Source: Octopus vulgaris (Eukaryota). From it: DNA of 64,000 bases. Under the pieces are notes generated by a model. That model was given only the letters and a program-made list of their open reading frames with translations. It ran no database searches and was not told the origin of the DNA. The DNA is taken from positions 44,330,001 to 44,394,000 of the forward strand of contig OX597835.1 of NCBI GenBank assembly GCA_951406725.2, given 5' to 3'. A program made the translations under genes and the position numbers. Of the stretch, positions 1-15,240 are shown piece after piece (position 1 is the first letter of the stretch; every line of letters begins with the position of its first letter).

Positions 1-119
1 CTGGATACCCTTCCTAACGCCAGTGCAGTTATATTCATGTGAACACACACACACACACACACACACACACTGATTCTTTATTTTGGCAATCACACCACAT
101 ATTTATATAAATCACATCG

Positions 120-312
120 CTTGAAAACCGTTGCTGGTATGTTTACGTCTCCATTACTTAATGATTCGGCCTTAAAAAACCCCCTAAAATAAGTACTTGG
201 CTCTCAAAGAATAAGTCCTGGGGTCGATTTGCTTGACAGAGGCGGTGCTCCAGTACCGTTGTCGTCGTCTTCGTCGCAGTCAAATGACTGAAACAAGTAA
301 AAGAATAAAAGA
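120..312 (+). mobile_element. SINE family A, 3' half only
   Basis: Matches the 3' half of the copy at 330-760 (aataagtac...aagaataagtcctggggtcgatttgct...gcggtgctccag...cagtcaaatgactgaaacaagtaaaaga). Confidence 0.8.
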
Positions 313-329
313 ATTAAGAATATAAGAAT

Positions 330-494
330 GGCGCAGGAGTGCTGTGGGGTAAGTAGCTTGTTTACCAACCACATGGTTCCGGGTTCAGTCCCACTGCGTG
401 GCACCTTGGGCAAGTATCTTCTACTATAGCCTCGGGCTGATCCAAAGCCTTGTGAGTGGATTTAGTAGACGGAAACTGAAAGAAGCCTGTCGTA

Positions 495-546
<52 letters not shown>

Positions 547-760
547 TGTCTGTGTCTGTGTTTGTCCCCCTAGCATTGCTTGACAACCGATGCTGGTGTG
601 TTTATGTCCCCGTTACTTAGCGGTTCGGCAAAACAGACCGATAGAATAAGTACTGGGCTTACAAAAGAATAAGACGCGGGGTCGAGTTGCTCGATTAAAG
701 GCGGTGTTCCAGCATGGCCTCAGTCAAATGACTGAAACAAGTAAAAGAGTAAAAAGAGAG
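330..760 (+). mobile_element. tRNA-derived SINE family A, full length with internal (TA)n/(TG)n microsatellite
   Basis: Head GGCGCAGGAGTG..TGTGG(G)TAAG with B-box-like GGTTCAGTCCC; CORE-like ccttgggcaagt; internal (TA)n; tail (AAAGAGT)n. Near-identical copies recur across the window. Confidence 0.9.
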
Positions 761-1080
761 TATATAGCATTAAACGTGGTGTACGCGTGTTCGCGTGTCG
801 CGTGTGCGTGTCTGTGTGTGTGTGCGGGCGGGGTGGGGGATATGTAGGCGTTTACATCTGTGTCTGGTGGTGGGGATGTTATGTGAAACATTAAAAAGAG
901 CGAGCACGTGTGGAATTCTGTGAGATTTGTTGATTTAGACAATCCTCGAAATTCAATGTTTCTACAAAACGTGTGGATTGCTAAAGGAATTACACACGAA
1001 CAGCGCGAGAATAAACGAACACACACAGACCGAATATAAGAATAAACGAACAAAGGAATAGACGAACACAACAGATAAAC

Positions 1081-1695
<615 letters not shown>

Positions 1696-1956
1696 TGGCA
1701 TGTTTCCCATTCATTCAACACAATACACATTCTTTTTATCACTTTTCCTGTTTCTCTTTTTCTCCTTCACTTTATTGTTCCTCCCTCTCCTGTTTCTCTC
1801 CCTCTCTCTTCACCTCCTTCACCTCTGCTCTCTCTCCCACTCCCTCTCTTTGCGTGTCTGTCTTTCCAATACGGTTTTATCTTCAATCAATCCATGTCTG
1901 GTTTCATCATCATTCTTATCGTGGTTGATATCATTGTTGCCGAAGTCGCTTTCGCC

Positions 1957-2188
1957 ATCATCATCATCGTCATCATCATCGTCATCATCATCGTCATCAT
2001 CGTCATCAAGGTTATCAACGCCGTCGTTATCATCGTCATCATCATCGTTGTAGTCGTCTTCGTCGCCTTCATTACCATCATTATCATCATCATCATCATC
2101 ATCATCGTCATCATCATCATCATCATCATCGTCATCATCATCATCATCATCATCATCGTAATCATCATCATCATCATCATCATCATCG

Positions 2189-2286
<98 letters not shown>

Positions 2287-2299
2287 GTCATCGTCATCG

Positions 2300-2361
<62 letters not shown>

Positions 2362-2362
2362 G

Positions 2363-2403
<41 letters not shown>

Positions 2404-2595
2404 GTCATCGTCATCGTCATCGTCATCATCATCGTCATCATTATCGTCATCATGGTCATCAACGCCGTCGTAATCAATCTCATCATCATCGTTCTTGTCG
2501 TCTTCGTAATGAATTACCATCCTCCTCCTCCTCCTCCTCCTCCTCCTCCTCATCATCATCATCATCATCATCATCGTCGTCGTAGTCGTCGTCGT
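1957..2595. repeat. (ATC)n/(GTC)n/(CCT)n trinucleotide microsatellite
   Basis: About 600 bp of ATC repeats with GTC variants; explains the poly-I/D/M/H ORFs. Confidence 0.95.
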
Positions 2596-3658
2596 CTTCG
2601 CTGCTGTCGTATTGTTCGTTGTGTTCAAAGACATCAGTGCCATTGTAACAATCGCATTCAGTACCATCTCATTGTTTTCCTCCTCAATTCTGGTGGCACT
2701 CCGATTAAGGGAGAATCTTTGGAATGTCCTACAAACACTTAATTAAGCCATCGCCCACTTTTCTCCACCGTTTTTCATCCTGACCCGTCCCAGAGTCAAC
2801 GTCTCCCTCTCCCAACTTTTATTGGTATTCTGTCGTCATGCATGCGTTCGTAATTGCGCTCTTTTCCGTGTAGTGGTGCTAACCCTACTCAAATCCTTTC
2901 GGTCCCCTTGGACGAAGTGATCCATCATTAGTCCGCCTTTCAAGTGTGCAAGGTCCTACAAGGATATTGTGCTCCGCTTGTATAACTCACACACAAGCTA
3001 CCACAGCTCAGCCAGCAGAACTCTGAATTATCTCCCCTTGTCATTGAGTGTCTCTAAGGAAAAGAGTGAAATGTTTATCATTGATTCTAATTCCTTTAAT
3101 TCATTTTTCTTCTAAGCAAGAAAATCAAATGTTATGATCAATTATTTCAAATTTATTTCCCCTAGTCCTTTTGCATCGTGAAGCAAGCTTATTTGTTTTA
3201 GTTTTCAGATTGCGACCATGCTGGAGCATCGCAAAATTGCCCCCCCCCCCTTGTCCTTGTGCGTCGTCAAGGAAGACATTTATATGTTTGGAATTAACTT
3301 TTCTTTTTTTTTTATTTGTTTCAGTTAGTTGACTGTGGCCATGCTGGGGCACTGCAAAATAATCTCCCAATATCCTACGCTCTCCCTATATTCTAGTTAC
3401 TAATAGATGTCGCTTGGCTTTTGTTTGAGCAAAATCTCGCTGCACATTTATACAAACTTTCTATATTTCAAACAACGCGTATCTGGCTTGTTTATTTAAG
3501 ATACTTCCTTATTGATTTATCATTCTCTACCATCTCTAATATATCATCTGTGTTTAACCTCCCCTCCTCCAGACCAGAGCTGATATACAAGTGAGTTGTC
3601 TGAATGTGTTCCTTTCAATTCATAGGCGAGTGTCGGCCGCAATATTCAGACGTTTTAA

Positions 3659-4200
3659 GGCGGCGAGCTGGCAGAAACGTTAGCACGCCGGGCGAAATGC
3701 TTAGCGATATTTCGTCTGCCGTTACGTTCTGAGTTCAAATTACGCCGAGGTCGACTTTGCCTTTCATCCTTTCGGGGTCGATAAATTAAGTACCAGTTAC
3801 GCACTGTGGTTGATCCGTTTGTTTGTCATTGTTTGTCCTCTCTGTGTTTAGCCCCTTGTAGGTAGTAAAGAAATAGGTATTTCGTCTGCCGCTACGTTCT
3901 GAGTTCAAATTCCACCGAGGTCGACTTTGCCTTTCATCCTTTCGGGGTCGATTAAATAAGTACCAGTTACGCACTGGGCTCGATATAATCGACTTAATCC
4001 GTTTGTCTGTCCTTGTTTGTCCTCCTTTGTGTTTAGCCCCTTGTGGGTAGTAAAGAAATGGGTATTTCGACTAGCGTTACGTTCTGAGTTCAAACTCCGC
4101 CGAAGTCAACATTGCTTTTCATCCTTTCGGGGTCGATAAATTACGTACTAGTTGTATACTCGGGTCATCTAATCGACTGTCCCCCTCCCCCAAATTTCGG
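3659..4200 (+). mobile_element. SINE family B, one head plus two further tandem body units
   Basis: GGCGGCGAGCTGGCAGAAACGTTAG head, GAGTTCAAATTCC B-box-like motif; the unit gtatttcgtctgccg...aaagaaata restarts at about 3878 and about 4062. Confidence 0.88.
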
Positions 4201-4449
4201 GAAAATTCAGACACTTAGCTAAGAATGTTGCAGTTATTTATCCACAAATCAGCCCTGATCGAAAACAAAAATAAACTTTAGACAAAGACAAGGGGGCCAG
4301 GTTATGACGATCCCAATTTTATCTAGGACAACATTTAGAACAACAGCCCCTTTTTCATCAAACTTGATTTTCTTCTTGCACAAGTGTATTGTTTTCAAAT
4401 TTCCGCACGGGCAAGCAAGTTTGGGTATGGGTGGGTATGACCATTCATT

Positions 4450-4610
4450 CCATCAACTCCAGTGCCCCACTAGTAAATATTTTATCGATCCTTAAAAAGA
4501 TGAAAGGCAGAATCGACCTCCCATGAATTTCAACTCGGACCTTAACGACCGCCGAAATGCGGATAAACAATTTGCCCAGCGTGCTGGTCATTCTGCCAGC
4601 TAACCGCCCT
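4450..4610 (-). mobile_element. Diverged SINE family B copy
   Basis: Reverse complement of family B motifs (gatgaaaggcagaatcgacctc, ttctgccagctaaccgcc). Confidence 0.6.
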
Positions 4611-4871
4611 GGGACACCACAAATATAGTTTGACGGGAAATTTCTTTAGAAACTTCACATGGTGGAATTACCAAGTTAATGTCCGTCGTAGGGTCGGTTT
4701 TTTTTTTAGATGCAACACTGTACCTCTTAATTGCTACAGTGTAAATTCTAGACCTTTAGAGATGTTAATGGCACTATCATGTAGACGAAATTGTTCAGCG
4801 TGTACCGCTCACTCTTAAGTTTATGACAAGCTTTCTTAGCCTTCAATTACATCCGTACGTATTGGCCATAC

Positions 4872-5443
<572 letters not shown>

Positions 5444-6106
5444 CATGTTTTGTATTATATAATGTTGTCTTGTTAAGCATGCGTGCAGTCTAGCTTGAAA
5501 ACATGCTATCGATTTGTGCGAAGTGTTTTATATTTCGTCGTGTTATGTGTGTGTGTGTGTGTGTGTGTGTTTGTGTGTGTTATTGCTTGCGTTTGTCTGT
5601 GACTGTGCTTGTGTGCGCGTGAGTGTGTGTGTGTGTGTGCGTGGTCGTGCGCGCATGTGTGCACTTCGTTTATATTTACAGCCTACAGACATTTACTTCA
5701 AAGACTATCCAGTATGTATATTAACCAATTAACCACAGCAGTCCATGATGAACAAAATGTATGACGTACGTGTTGGTGTATGGGTATGTGTGTTTGTGCA
5801 TGATTGCGTCGAGGTGGGTGCGTGTGTGTGCGTGTCTGTGTGTCTGTGTGTGTACGCGCTCGTGTCTGTGTCAGTGTGAGTGTGTTCGCGACTATTGCAT
5901 GCTGGTGAAGGAGAGCTGAAATGGTGCGTCTGAGAAAATATCGAAACTATTTCTTTAATATTTGTTAATGTAAAAATCAAAGAAAAAAAAAATTAAAATA
6001 ACAAGAGTACTGAAGGTCGATATAATCGACACAACCTATTGAAGGCGATGTACTAACATGACCTGAGTCCAATAATTAATATTATAAAGAATGTATGTGT
6101 GTGTGT

Positions 6107-6168
<62 letters not shown>

Positions 6169-7134
6169 GTATATACATATATATATATACATACATATAT
6201 ATAGATATATAGATGTATATATGTGTTTAGATATATTTACGCATGTTTGTATGTATATATATATACATATATATATACTTACACACACACACACACATAT
6301 ACATATATATATATATGTATGTATAGATATATATGTATATATATATGTATAGATATATATGTATATATATATATATATATATTTATTTATGTATATACTT
6401 ACATATATGCATACAGTCAGAGACACATACAGACAGACGCACAGACACGCATGTATACACATGCATATATATACAGATATTTGCGGATATTACGTATTTT
6501 GTTGACTGCACATCCCAGTGGTTAATTGCTTTGTAACATGATGAATACACACAAACATACAAACACATCATAATTCAGCGACACCTCGTTTCACTTATTC
6601 GATCGTTACGAAGACAATACAGCTTTGAACAAAATGGCGCTATATTAGATTTAGACGAGATAGTTTTTTGCGTACACTTTAAGCAGTGATGCGGACTAAA
6701 CGAACCTGTTTCATGATGTAAAGCATCTGAAATAGCGAGATGTGGCACCTTCCGAGTTCTTAACAGTTTAACTTGAATGTATTGAATGTGATGTTAACCT
6801 CTTAAGATTAATCGAGTTTGCAAGCTATCGTTTATCACTTGTTTCAGTCTTTTGATTGCGGCCATACTGGGGCTTTCAAAGGTTTTTCAAAGGCCCTACC
6901 GCTTTCAAAAGTTTGTCGAAATTATCGACCCCATTATATTTACTTCTACATACGACAAGGCATATATATATATATGGTGATCACATATTTCTTTATTATA
7001 GTGAGTTTGACTTACAGCTGTTTCTGGTAGTCAGTATAGGTTTCGTTATTGATGGGTTTACTCAATCAATCGGCCCATTGATCGAGAAAAAAAGAACGTT
7101 ATAAAAAATGAATACTGCGTTTGTCACATTTCTG

Positions 7135-7186
<52 letters not shown>

Positions 7187-7466
7187 TATGAATGAATATT
7201 TGAAAATGTAATTTTAAAGATGTTTATTCAATCGACCGGTTTCACTTTTTTAGAAAAAGATTGTCAAAAGTAAAATGTAAAGCTTTGTATGAGCTTTGTT
7301 GTATTAAGTACTGGTCGTCACAAAAGTATTAAAATATATATATACATTCTTTGATAATAATAATAAGAAAAAATGTTAAAAACACTTTAGAAGAAAATAT
7401 TTGAGAAAGTAATTAGAATGGGACTCCAAAAAGTAGAGTTCAATAAAAATCATGTTTGTTTGGTAC

Positions 7467-7498
<32 letters not shown>

Positions 7499-7511
7499 CA
7501 CACGCACCCCC

Positions 7512-7564
<53 letters not shown>

Positions 7565-8295
7565 GACAAAGATTGTTTATTCCACATGAGTGGTAGAAAT
7601 ATAGGAGAAACAGAAGTTGAAAATACCCTGACAACATTTAAAATATCTTTTATTAAAATATTTGAAGCGTTAAGCGTTTTCACATTTTACCTTAATTTTC
7701 AAAAAGTTCAAATGGAAAGACGTGGCTTATGTAGCAAATGTCTTGCTTCTGACTAGTGTTTGAAGCTTGCCCTATTTTTATACGGAGTTCATGGCTCAAA
7801 TTAGTACATGTTTTGAATAAGATTTGATTGGTAGAGGATAGTCACATGATTGGTCTTCGAAAATTTTGTAGGTTCCCCGCTGCATGTGTTAGTTATCAAG
7901 TAACAACGTTTGGCGCCGTAAGATAAGTCTGACACGGTTGACTGAACAAGGGCATATAATCAATTCTCTGAATACTTTCTGTCTGGTGTTAATAGAGAAG
8001 GAACACATGTTTAAGTTTACAACCTTTTGTACATATACTGTTACGTAAGTCCGTTACTGTCACGTGATAGTACATTCTGTGCTTAAAAAGAGGGTGGTCA
8101 CCGTTGAGTGAACATGTATAGTTATAATCAAGCGAGACGGAATTTAATCTGTCTGGTGGGAGAATAGCCAAGGGTCGTTTGTATGTAGTCCAGTGGCGAA
8201 AGTTTAGGTTGTTAGCTGTGTGGGTTCCTCGTGATAAGTGGCAGAATGGATTTTGTGTGTGAGTGGTTATTCGTGTATGAAATCTGTTAAATTTC

Positions 8296-8737
8296 GTGTA
8301 AGTTCCATCCAACCGCCTCTCAAGCTTCTATGAAAACGTCCAGGTTTCTGAACCATATAGTAGAATTGGTTCGACTGTGGCTTTGAAGATTTTAAGTTTG
8401 AAGTCTCTACTTAGATTTGATGACCAGATCTTATGCATATCATTATAGGCTGACCAGGCCATACCCTTTCTAGTTAGAAATTCTTTTCCAGATGATGGCA
8501 TGTATGTGAAAGGTAGGAGAGTCCAGTTTGTTGGACATTGTTGTAGAGCTGAAAACGAGGCAATTTCTACTCTTCTCCTCTGGAAGCCATCTACTCGCGA
8601 TACCAGATGGCGCACACTCTCCTACCCTGATGTGATTTCCAGGGATACAGAAATCCAGCAACAGGACCTCCGTAATGCTATGATGGACCGTGAAGTAAAT
8701 TCCATTGTCTCGACCACGGTTGAACAATGATGATGAT
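8296..8737. mobile_element. RTE-clade LINE 3' fragment with inverted 5' segment
   Basis: Minus strand 8500->8296 encodes KGMAWSAYNDMHKIW...KIFKATVEPILLYGSETWTFS*KLERRLDGTYT. Plus strand 8506-8730 encodes VKGRRVQFVGHCCR...DLRNAMMDRE, followed by a (TGA)n tail. Both resemble consecutive post-RT regions of RTE-type ORF2. Confidence 0.8.
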
Positions 8738-8993
8738 TGCGCCTTGGGTTTGTAGTTTTGTATAGAAGTATTTTCTTTGTTTATCTTTGCTTCTTGTGTG
8801 ACATTCGCTGAACATAGAGTGGGGAGACCTGGAATATAGAGAGGGAAGACATTCACTATAAATACACTATGTACTTATAGTGAATGTATAATGAAATGTG
8901 GAAATTGACGATTTAAAGTCCGTTCTCATCATAAAGGCATAGAAATATTTTTTCTTTTGCCCTTGTTTATAATTTGTATATATATATATATAT

Positions 8994-9201
8994 ACTCTTA
9001 CTCTTTTACTTGTTTCAGTCATTTGACTGTGGCCATGCTGGAGCACCGCCTTTAGTTGGGCAAATCGACCCCATGACTTATTCTTTGTAAGCCTAGTACT
9101 TATTCTATCGGTCTCTTTTGCCGAACCGCTAATTTACTGGGACGTAAACACACCACCATCGGTTGTCAAGCGATGTTGGGGGACAAACACAGACAGACAA
9201 A

Positions 9202-9277
<76 letters not shown>

Positions 9278-9436
9278 CACGACAGGCTTCTTTCAGTTTC
9301 GTCTACCAAATCCAATCACAAGGCTTTGGTCAGCCCGAGGCTATAGTAGAAGGCATTTGCCCAAGGTGCCACGCAGTGGGACTGAACCCGGAACCACGTG
9401 GTTGGTAAGCAAGCTACTTACCACACAGCCACTCCT
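8994..9436 (-). mobile_element. SINE family A, full length
   Basis: Reverse complement of 330-760, including the internal CA/TA microsatellite. Confidence 0.9.
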
Positions 9437-10134
9437 ACATACATACATATATATATATATATGTATGTATGTATTGTAATCTCTCGCCATATGGCGGTTC
9501 ATCTATCGCGCCTGCAGTACATCGCACATTTTTCTGGCTACGTAAATGTATATCACTGACTTCCAGATTTTAACTTTTTACCTGGTGAAATAAACACTTT
9601 CACGCCTAAAAATTTATAAATTAATAAAGAAAAATACAGTAGGTTACTACACTATATAACACCTTAACTAAAATATATCAAAAGAATATACGTAGAGTAC
9701 CGTAGATGAGTAAAAAAGAATCGGACATAATGTATGGAAAACGAAACTTGGAGGCGTGACATTTTCCGTCTACCACATTGAATCACAAGCCGTTGGTCAA
9801 CCTAGGGCTATCCCATCTTGTATTCGTCAATGCATGGTTAGCCTTGCTGGGTGATGGTATCATGTTGAACAACCGCAGACCATTTCAGATATTGTACAAC
9901 AGAAGCTTCCGCATACTAACAGAGAAGGCGGGAGTAGACCTCGAATTCATTCGCTGAGGATAAGACCTTAAAATTGACAAATAAATAAATAAATAAATAA
10001 ATAAAACATGAAACAAAAAAATGGCCCATCCACGATACGATAGAACTATGGGAAAATACAATGGAGCGGATGTTGCTGTCTGGTTATATCGATTTGCTTT
10101 CCGTTCTGCCGTATATATATATATATATATATAA

Positions 10135-10442
10135 TATTAAATTAGAGACAAAACCACTATTAGGCAAATCAAACGATGAAAGACTTAAGCCAATACATAT
10201 GATTAATTTATATTATTTAAATATGTAACAATTATTAAAAAATATAATTAATATCCACTACGATCGTTTCCTTCCTGCTGTCATCAAATTTTTGAGTCGC
10301 AGTCATTCATCAGGTGGTTTCAAAATATTAATTATATTTTTTATATAATTGTTACATATTTAAATAATATCAATTAATCATATGTATTGGCAAGTCTTTC
10401 ATTGTTTGATTTGCCTAATATGGTTTTGTCTCTAATTTAATA
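10135..10442. repeat. Foldback element (about 120 bp inverted arms) between (TA)n tracts
   Basis: Arm 10135-10254 (attaaattagagacaaaacc...aattaatat) is the reverse complement of 10327-10442; the spacer contains a hammerhead motif. Confidence 0.85.
10255..10317 (-). ncRNA. Type I minimal hammerhead ribozyme-like motif
   Basis: Minus strand: CCAC-CTGATGA-[stem II CTGC..TCAAA/TTTGA..GCAG]-GAAAC-GATC-GTA-GTGG. Core is intact, stem I is CCAC/GTGG and stem III is palindromic; the base of stem II is mismatched. Confidence 0.7.
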
Positions 10443-10515
10443 TAATATAATATTTACTATAAAATTGGATAATCCTAAATCTGATTTTCCCTGTAAGTTT
10501 GAATTTATTCCCTAA

Positions 10516-10611
<96 letters not shown>

Positions 10612-10731
10612 ATATATATATATATATATACGGATATGTATATATGTATGTATGTATGTATATATAAGAAAACGAATCCTGTTAGACTGGCAGCAACACT
10701 CAACATATAACTTAGGATCTACCATAGATAA

Positions 10732-10775
<44 letters not shown>

Positions 10776-10935
10776 GGGGAAGGAGAGAGAGAGTGAGAGA
10801 GAGAAGGAGAGATTGGTGGCACAGCTTACTGGGAGGCATCTCAGTGGCGGCCGATTGAAGAAGATAACACACGTGGACTTTTATATTCTGATCGGGATTT
10901 AATTACGCTACATAAACGCACACCGACAAGTGCGA

Positions 10936-10982
<47 letters not shown>

Positions 10983-11023
10983 CAGAGGCACACACACACA
11001 TAATACGTAATATTAGATATAAC

Positions 11024-11059
<36 letters not shown>

Positions 11060-11400
11060 AGAGGCACACACACACATAATACGTAATATTAGATATAACA
11101 TATATATATATATATATATATATAATACATAAGAGAGAAAAAGAGAAAAAGATGAAGCGAGGGAGAGAGAGAGAGAGAGAGGGAGAGAAAACAGAGGGGA
11201 AACAGAGATTGATTGATAGATAGAAGATTATTGGTTTACACTGTTGCGAATTTCAATTAAGCGAAAGTATTCAATAGTGTTGAGGAAAGTAGAACGCTTA
11301 TTGAAAGGTGAGTCACTGTATGCAGTCTTTCTTAGAGATTCTTCAAATAACACACAGGCCACAAACAGACAAACAGACAGACACATACAGAGGCATATAC

Positions 11401-11466
<66 letters not shown>

Positions 11467-11580
11467 ATACTATGCATATATATACATATACCACACACAT
11501 TTACATATATATATATATATATACACATATACTTGCATGAGTGCATATATTTACACGCACACACATTATATAAATATGTG

Positions 11581-11616
<36 letters not shown>

Positions 11617-11671
11617 AATATATGTGTATATAGGTATATATATATATATGTGTATATATATATATAGATAG

Positions 11672-11742
<71 letters not shown>

Positions 11743-12429
11743 CGATGTATGTATGTATATGCATGTATACATATATTCAAATGAAACGGTTGATTCTCTC
11801 CGTGGCTTATTAAACATTCTCTCTACATTCGAAACTTCCGGCGATGAAAAACAAGTAAACAAAACAATACAAAGCAAATTGAAAAGGCGGAGGATTTTTC
11901 AGTATGCGTTAATAGACCACCTCTGCAGAGTATCTAATTGTTCGGCAGCAGACAGTTACGACACAATCCCTTACGGGATCATTTTGTTCTGAGCTTGACT
12001 CCCTATCTCTTATCTGTCTTAACGGGGACACATTATCGTTCTGGTAATAAAGCTGCAAATGATCTATCATTCAAACCTTAAATGGCGGATATCATCAATA
12101 GAGGTTTTAGAAATTTTGCTTGGAAATGGCGTTCTTCAATTGATGCGTAAATGTGCCTTAAGGTGTCGGCAGCCCGTATCAATGGGGGAATAAAGACGCA
12201 AAGGAAAGGTTTAAAGAGTAAGGAGTACCTTTTATCTTTTACTTGTTCCATGCTGGAACACTGCCTTAAAGAAGTTTAAGTTAAATAAATCGAATCCAGT
12301 ACAATATTTGTTAAGGACGGACGAAATGTCGCAAAGCATTTTGTCCGGCATGCTACCGATTCTGTCGGTTTGCCGCCTTAATAATTCTTTACTACAATAC
12401 TTGTTTGAAACTTAGGCTCAAAGTGAAGC

Positions 12430-12757
12430 AATTTCGTGGAGGGGATAAGTCGATCACATCGACCCCAGTACGCAACTGGTACTTATTTTATTGACTCCGG
12501 TAGGAGGAATAGCAAAGTCGACCTCGACGGAAGTTGAGCCAAGGACGTAAAGGCGGACAAAAGGCCTGAAATTTTGGGGACGGGGACTTGTCGATTACAA
12601 TCAAACCTAGTGTTTCACTGGTACTTAATTTATCGTCCTCGAAGGATGAAAGGCAAAGTCGACCTCGGCGGAATTTGAACTCAGAACGTAACGACAGACG
12701 AAATATCGCTAAGCATCTCGTCCAGCGAATTAACAATTCTGCCATCTCGCCACCTTC
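12430..12757 (-). mobile_element. SINE family B, tandem or partial copies
   Basis: aaggatgaaaggcaaagtcgacctcggcggaatttgaactcagaacgtaacgacagacgaaatatcgctaagcat is the reverse complement of the family B body; a second partial unit lies at 12430-12560. Confidence 0.75.
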
Positions 12758-12825
12758 CAGCTTATAATAATGATGATGATAATAATAATAATAACAACAA
12801 CAACAATAACAACAACAATAACAAC

Positions 12826-12859
<34 letters not shown>

Positions 12860-12982
12860 TGCAGTACCAGACAGTACTAGACAGTAGAAGACACTTGTCC
12901 AAGCTGCCACCTTTGGTGATCGGACGAGAACCGATGCTTTCAACGTGATATGGCAGTATTATATATATGAATAAATAAATAA

Positions 12983-13060
<78 letters not shown>

Positions 13061-13112
13061 ATATATACATTCATACATACATACATATATATATACATAC
13101 ATACATACATAC

Positions 13113-13149
<37 letters not shown>

Positions 13150-13186
13150 AGTATATATATATATCTATATATATATATATATATAT

Positions 13187-13240
<54 letters not shown>

Positions 13241-14197
13241 ACATACATATATATATATGTGTGCACGTGTATATATATATGGTACATATATATTATACAT
13301 ATATACATGTATGTATATACACACACACGTATATAATGCACATACATACTATGCACATACATAGATAAAAAGGTTTGTATATATGTACGTATTTATATAT
13401 ACATATGAATACATACATACATATATGCATACATGCACACACACACACATACACACACATATATATATGCACAAACAATGCAGGAATCTGAGATGAATTT
13501 ATGCTCACGATATATGTATGTGTGTGTATGTGTGTATGTTTGTGCTTGTGTGTGTGTGAGTGTGTGTGTGTATATTTGTATGTATGGACGTAATTCATGC
13601 AAATGTATACATATACATATGCGTGCGTAGCCATGCTTACACACTTACCTGTGCGTGTGTGCTGCTGTCTGTGTCTTTGAAAATAATTCCAAATTTACCA
13701 AAAAAAAAAAAAGAAGCGGAAAACAAATCAGAACAACACAAAAAAAAACAAAAAAAACAACGAGCTTGTAGCATTGTATATAACGTGATTTATATAATTA
13801 TCGTATGTAATATCGAATCTATAATTAATAAATAAAAAAAGCCACAGCAATAATAGTATACTATATTATCGATAATGCTCTTTTGTAATTTTTTACCTCA
13901 AAAATTATAATTACGATTACTAAATCAATATTTATCAACAGTGAGAAAATAATTTTATATATATTCTGATGAAGTAAAAATACGTGACTGTTGAGTTTGA
14001 AAATCGCTTTTACTAGAAGCACAAGGCCAGGAAAGTTTTGAGGGAGCAGGGTTGGTCGATCCCTTAAACTACAGTGTTCAGTTCCTACTTAATTTATGAA
14101 GACCGAAAAGATGACAGCAAAGTTGACCTCGGTGGGTTTCGAACACAGAACTTGTTCAATCATAAAATGTGGAATATACTTCCGTTCATTTAGAATC

Positions 14198-14300
14198 GTG
14201 AAGGCGCGTGGCTTAGTGCTTCGGGTATTCGGCACACGGTCATAAGGTCGGGAGTTCGATTTGAGGTGGCGAGTGGTGTCCCTGAGCAAGACACTTTATC
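14198..14300 (+). mobile_element. SINE family D head fragment
   Basis: GTGAAGGCGCGTGGCTTAGTG...GAGTTCGA...ctgagcaagacactttat matches the copy at 51778. Confidence 0.7.
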
Positions 14301-15059
14301 AAAGTAATTTCATAAGAGCTAACGCACGAAACTCGAGCATTTTCAGCAGGTGCATTAGTTTGACGCTCGGGAAAGTAAGAAAGTCTTTTACAGTTCAAAG
14401 CTCGAAAATTATGGCCTTGTGCCAAAATTAGAAACCAATATAACGAAATTATCTAAGTTCCCTTTTCTTTGAGAGTCTTTCTTTATGAAATTCCTTCTGT
14501 ATCTTAAATTTCTTGTCCGGTTAAAAAGAAAAATTCCAATTAATGGAAGACTTATTATGTTATCTTGTAAAGGGTCTGATAACCAGCAGATGAAGCGAGG
14601 TGAATGGGTGGCGTATATAATCACGATCACAGTTAGAGTTGATCGAATTTGCACTCCATAGCCCGTCCTCCTTCGAAGATGATAACATAACTAGTAGTTA
14701 AAGTATCCTCATCATCATCATCATTGACCCATAGGGCTTGTTACCCAGTTTCCTTGGCGTATGAGTGAACGACATTGCAACACTCCTCCTGGACCGGACG
14801 CTAGACCGTCGCAGTGGTATTCCTTTACAACTGAGTGGCCTGGTGCAATTCGAAATGAAGTGTTTTGCTAAATAAACCAAAGGGACCTCCTAATCCGAGA
14901 ATCGAAACCATGGTCTTATGATCATAACACTCTAACGTGCCTTCACTAAAAAGAAAAAAAAGGAAATGATTATTCGGAGATGAAAGTGGTGTCCTGGTTA
15001 GGTTTCAGTCATTTGACTACAGTATTGATTTCAAATTTTAGCACAAGATCAGCAAATTC

Positions 15060-15240
15060 AAGGGAGCGGTTAAATCATTTTCATTGACCCAAGTGCACAA
15101 CTGGTACTTATTTTATCGTTTCCGAAAGGACGAACAGAAAAGTGAACCTCGGTGGAGTTACGAATCAGAAGTTGAAAACGAACGAAATACCGCTAAGCAC
15201 ATTACCTGTCGTTCTGACGATTCTGCTAGCTTGCCACCTT
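15060..15240 (-). mobile_element. Diverged SINE family B copy
   Basis: caactggtacttattttatcg...cgaaataccgctaagca...gattctgctagcttgccacc. Confidence 0.6.

Noticed and set aside
3659-4200. Repeat-spacer-like periodicity suggesting CRISPR
   Set aside because: Units are about 180-bp SINE bodies with no unique spacers or cas genes, in a eukaryotic context.
7760-8295. Possible decayed PLE endonuclease region (CSLNG..YYHVTVTD); likewise 32300-32670
   Set aside because: Similarity too faint to call without an HMM search.
13967-14010. CTGATGA core (also at 37222 and 37683)
   Set aside because: No correctly placed GAAA-stem III-UH or stem I pairing; the 37683 match is within a decayed SINE.
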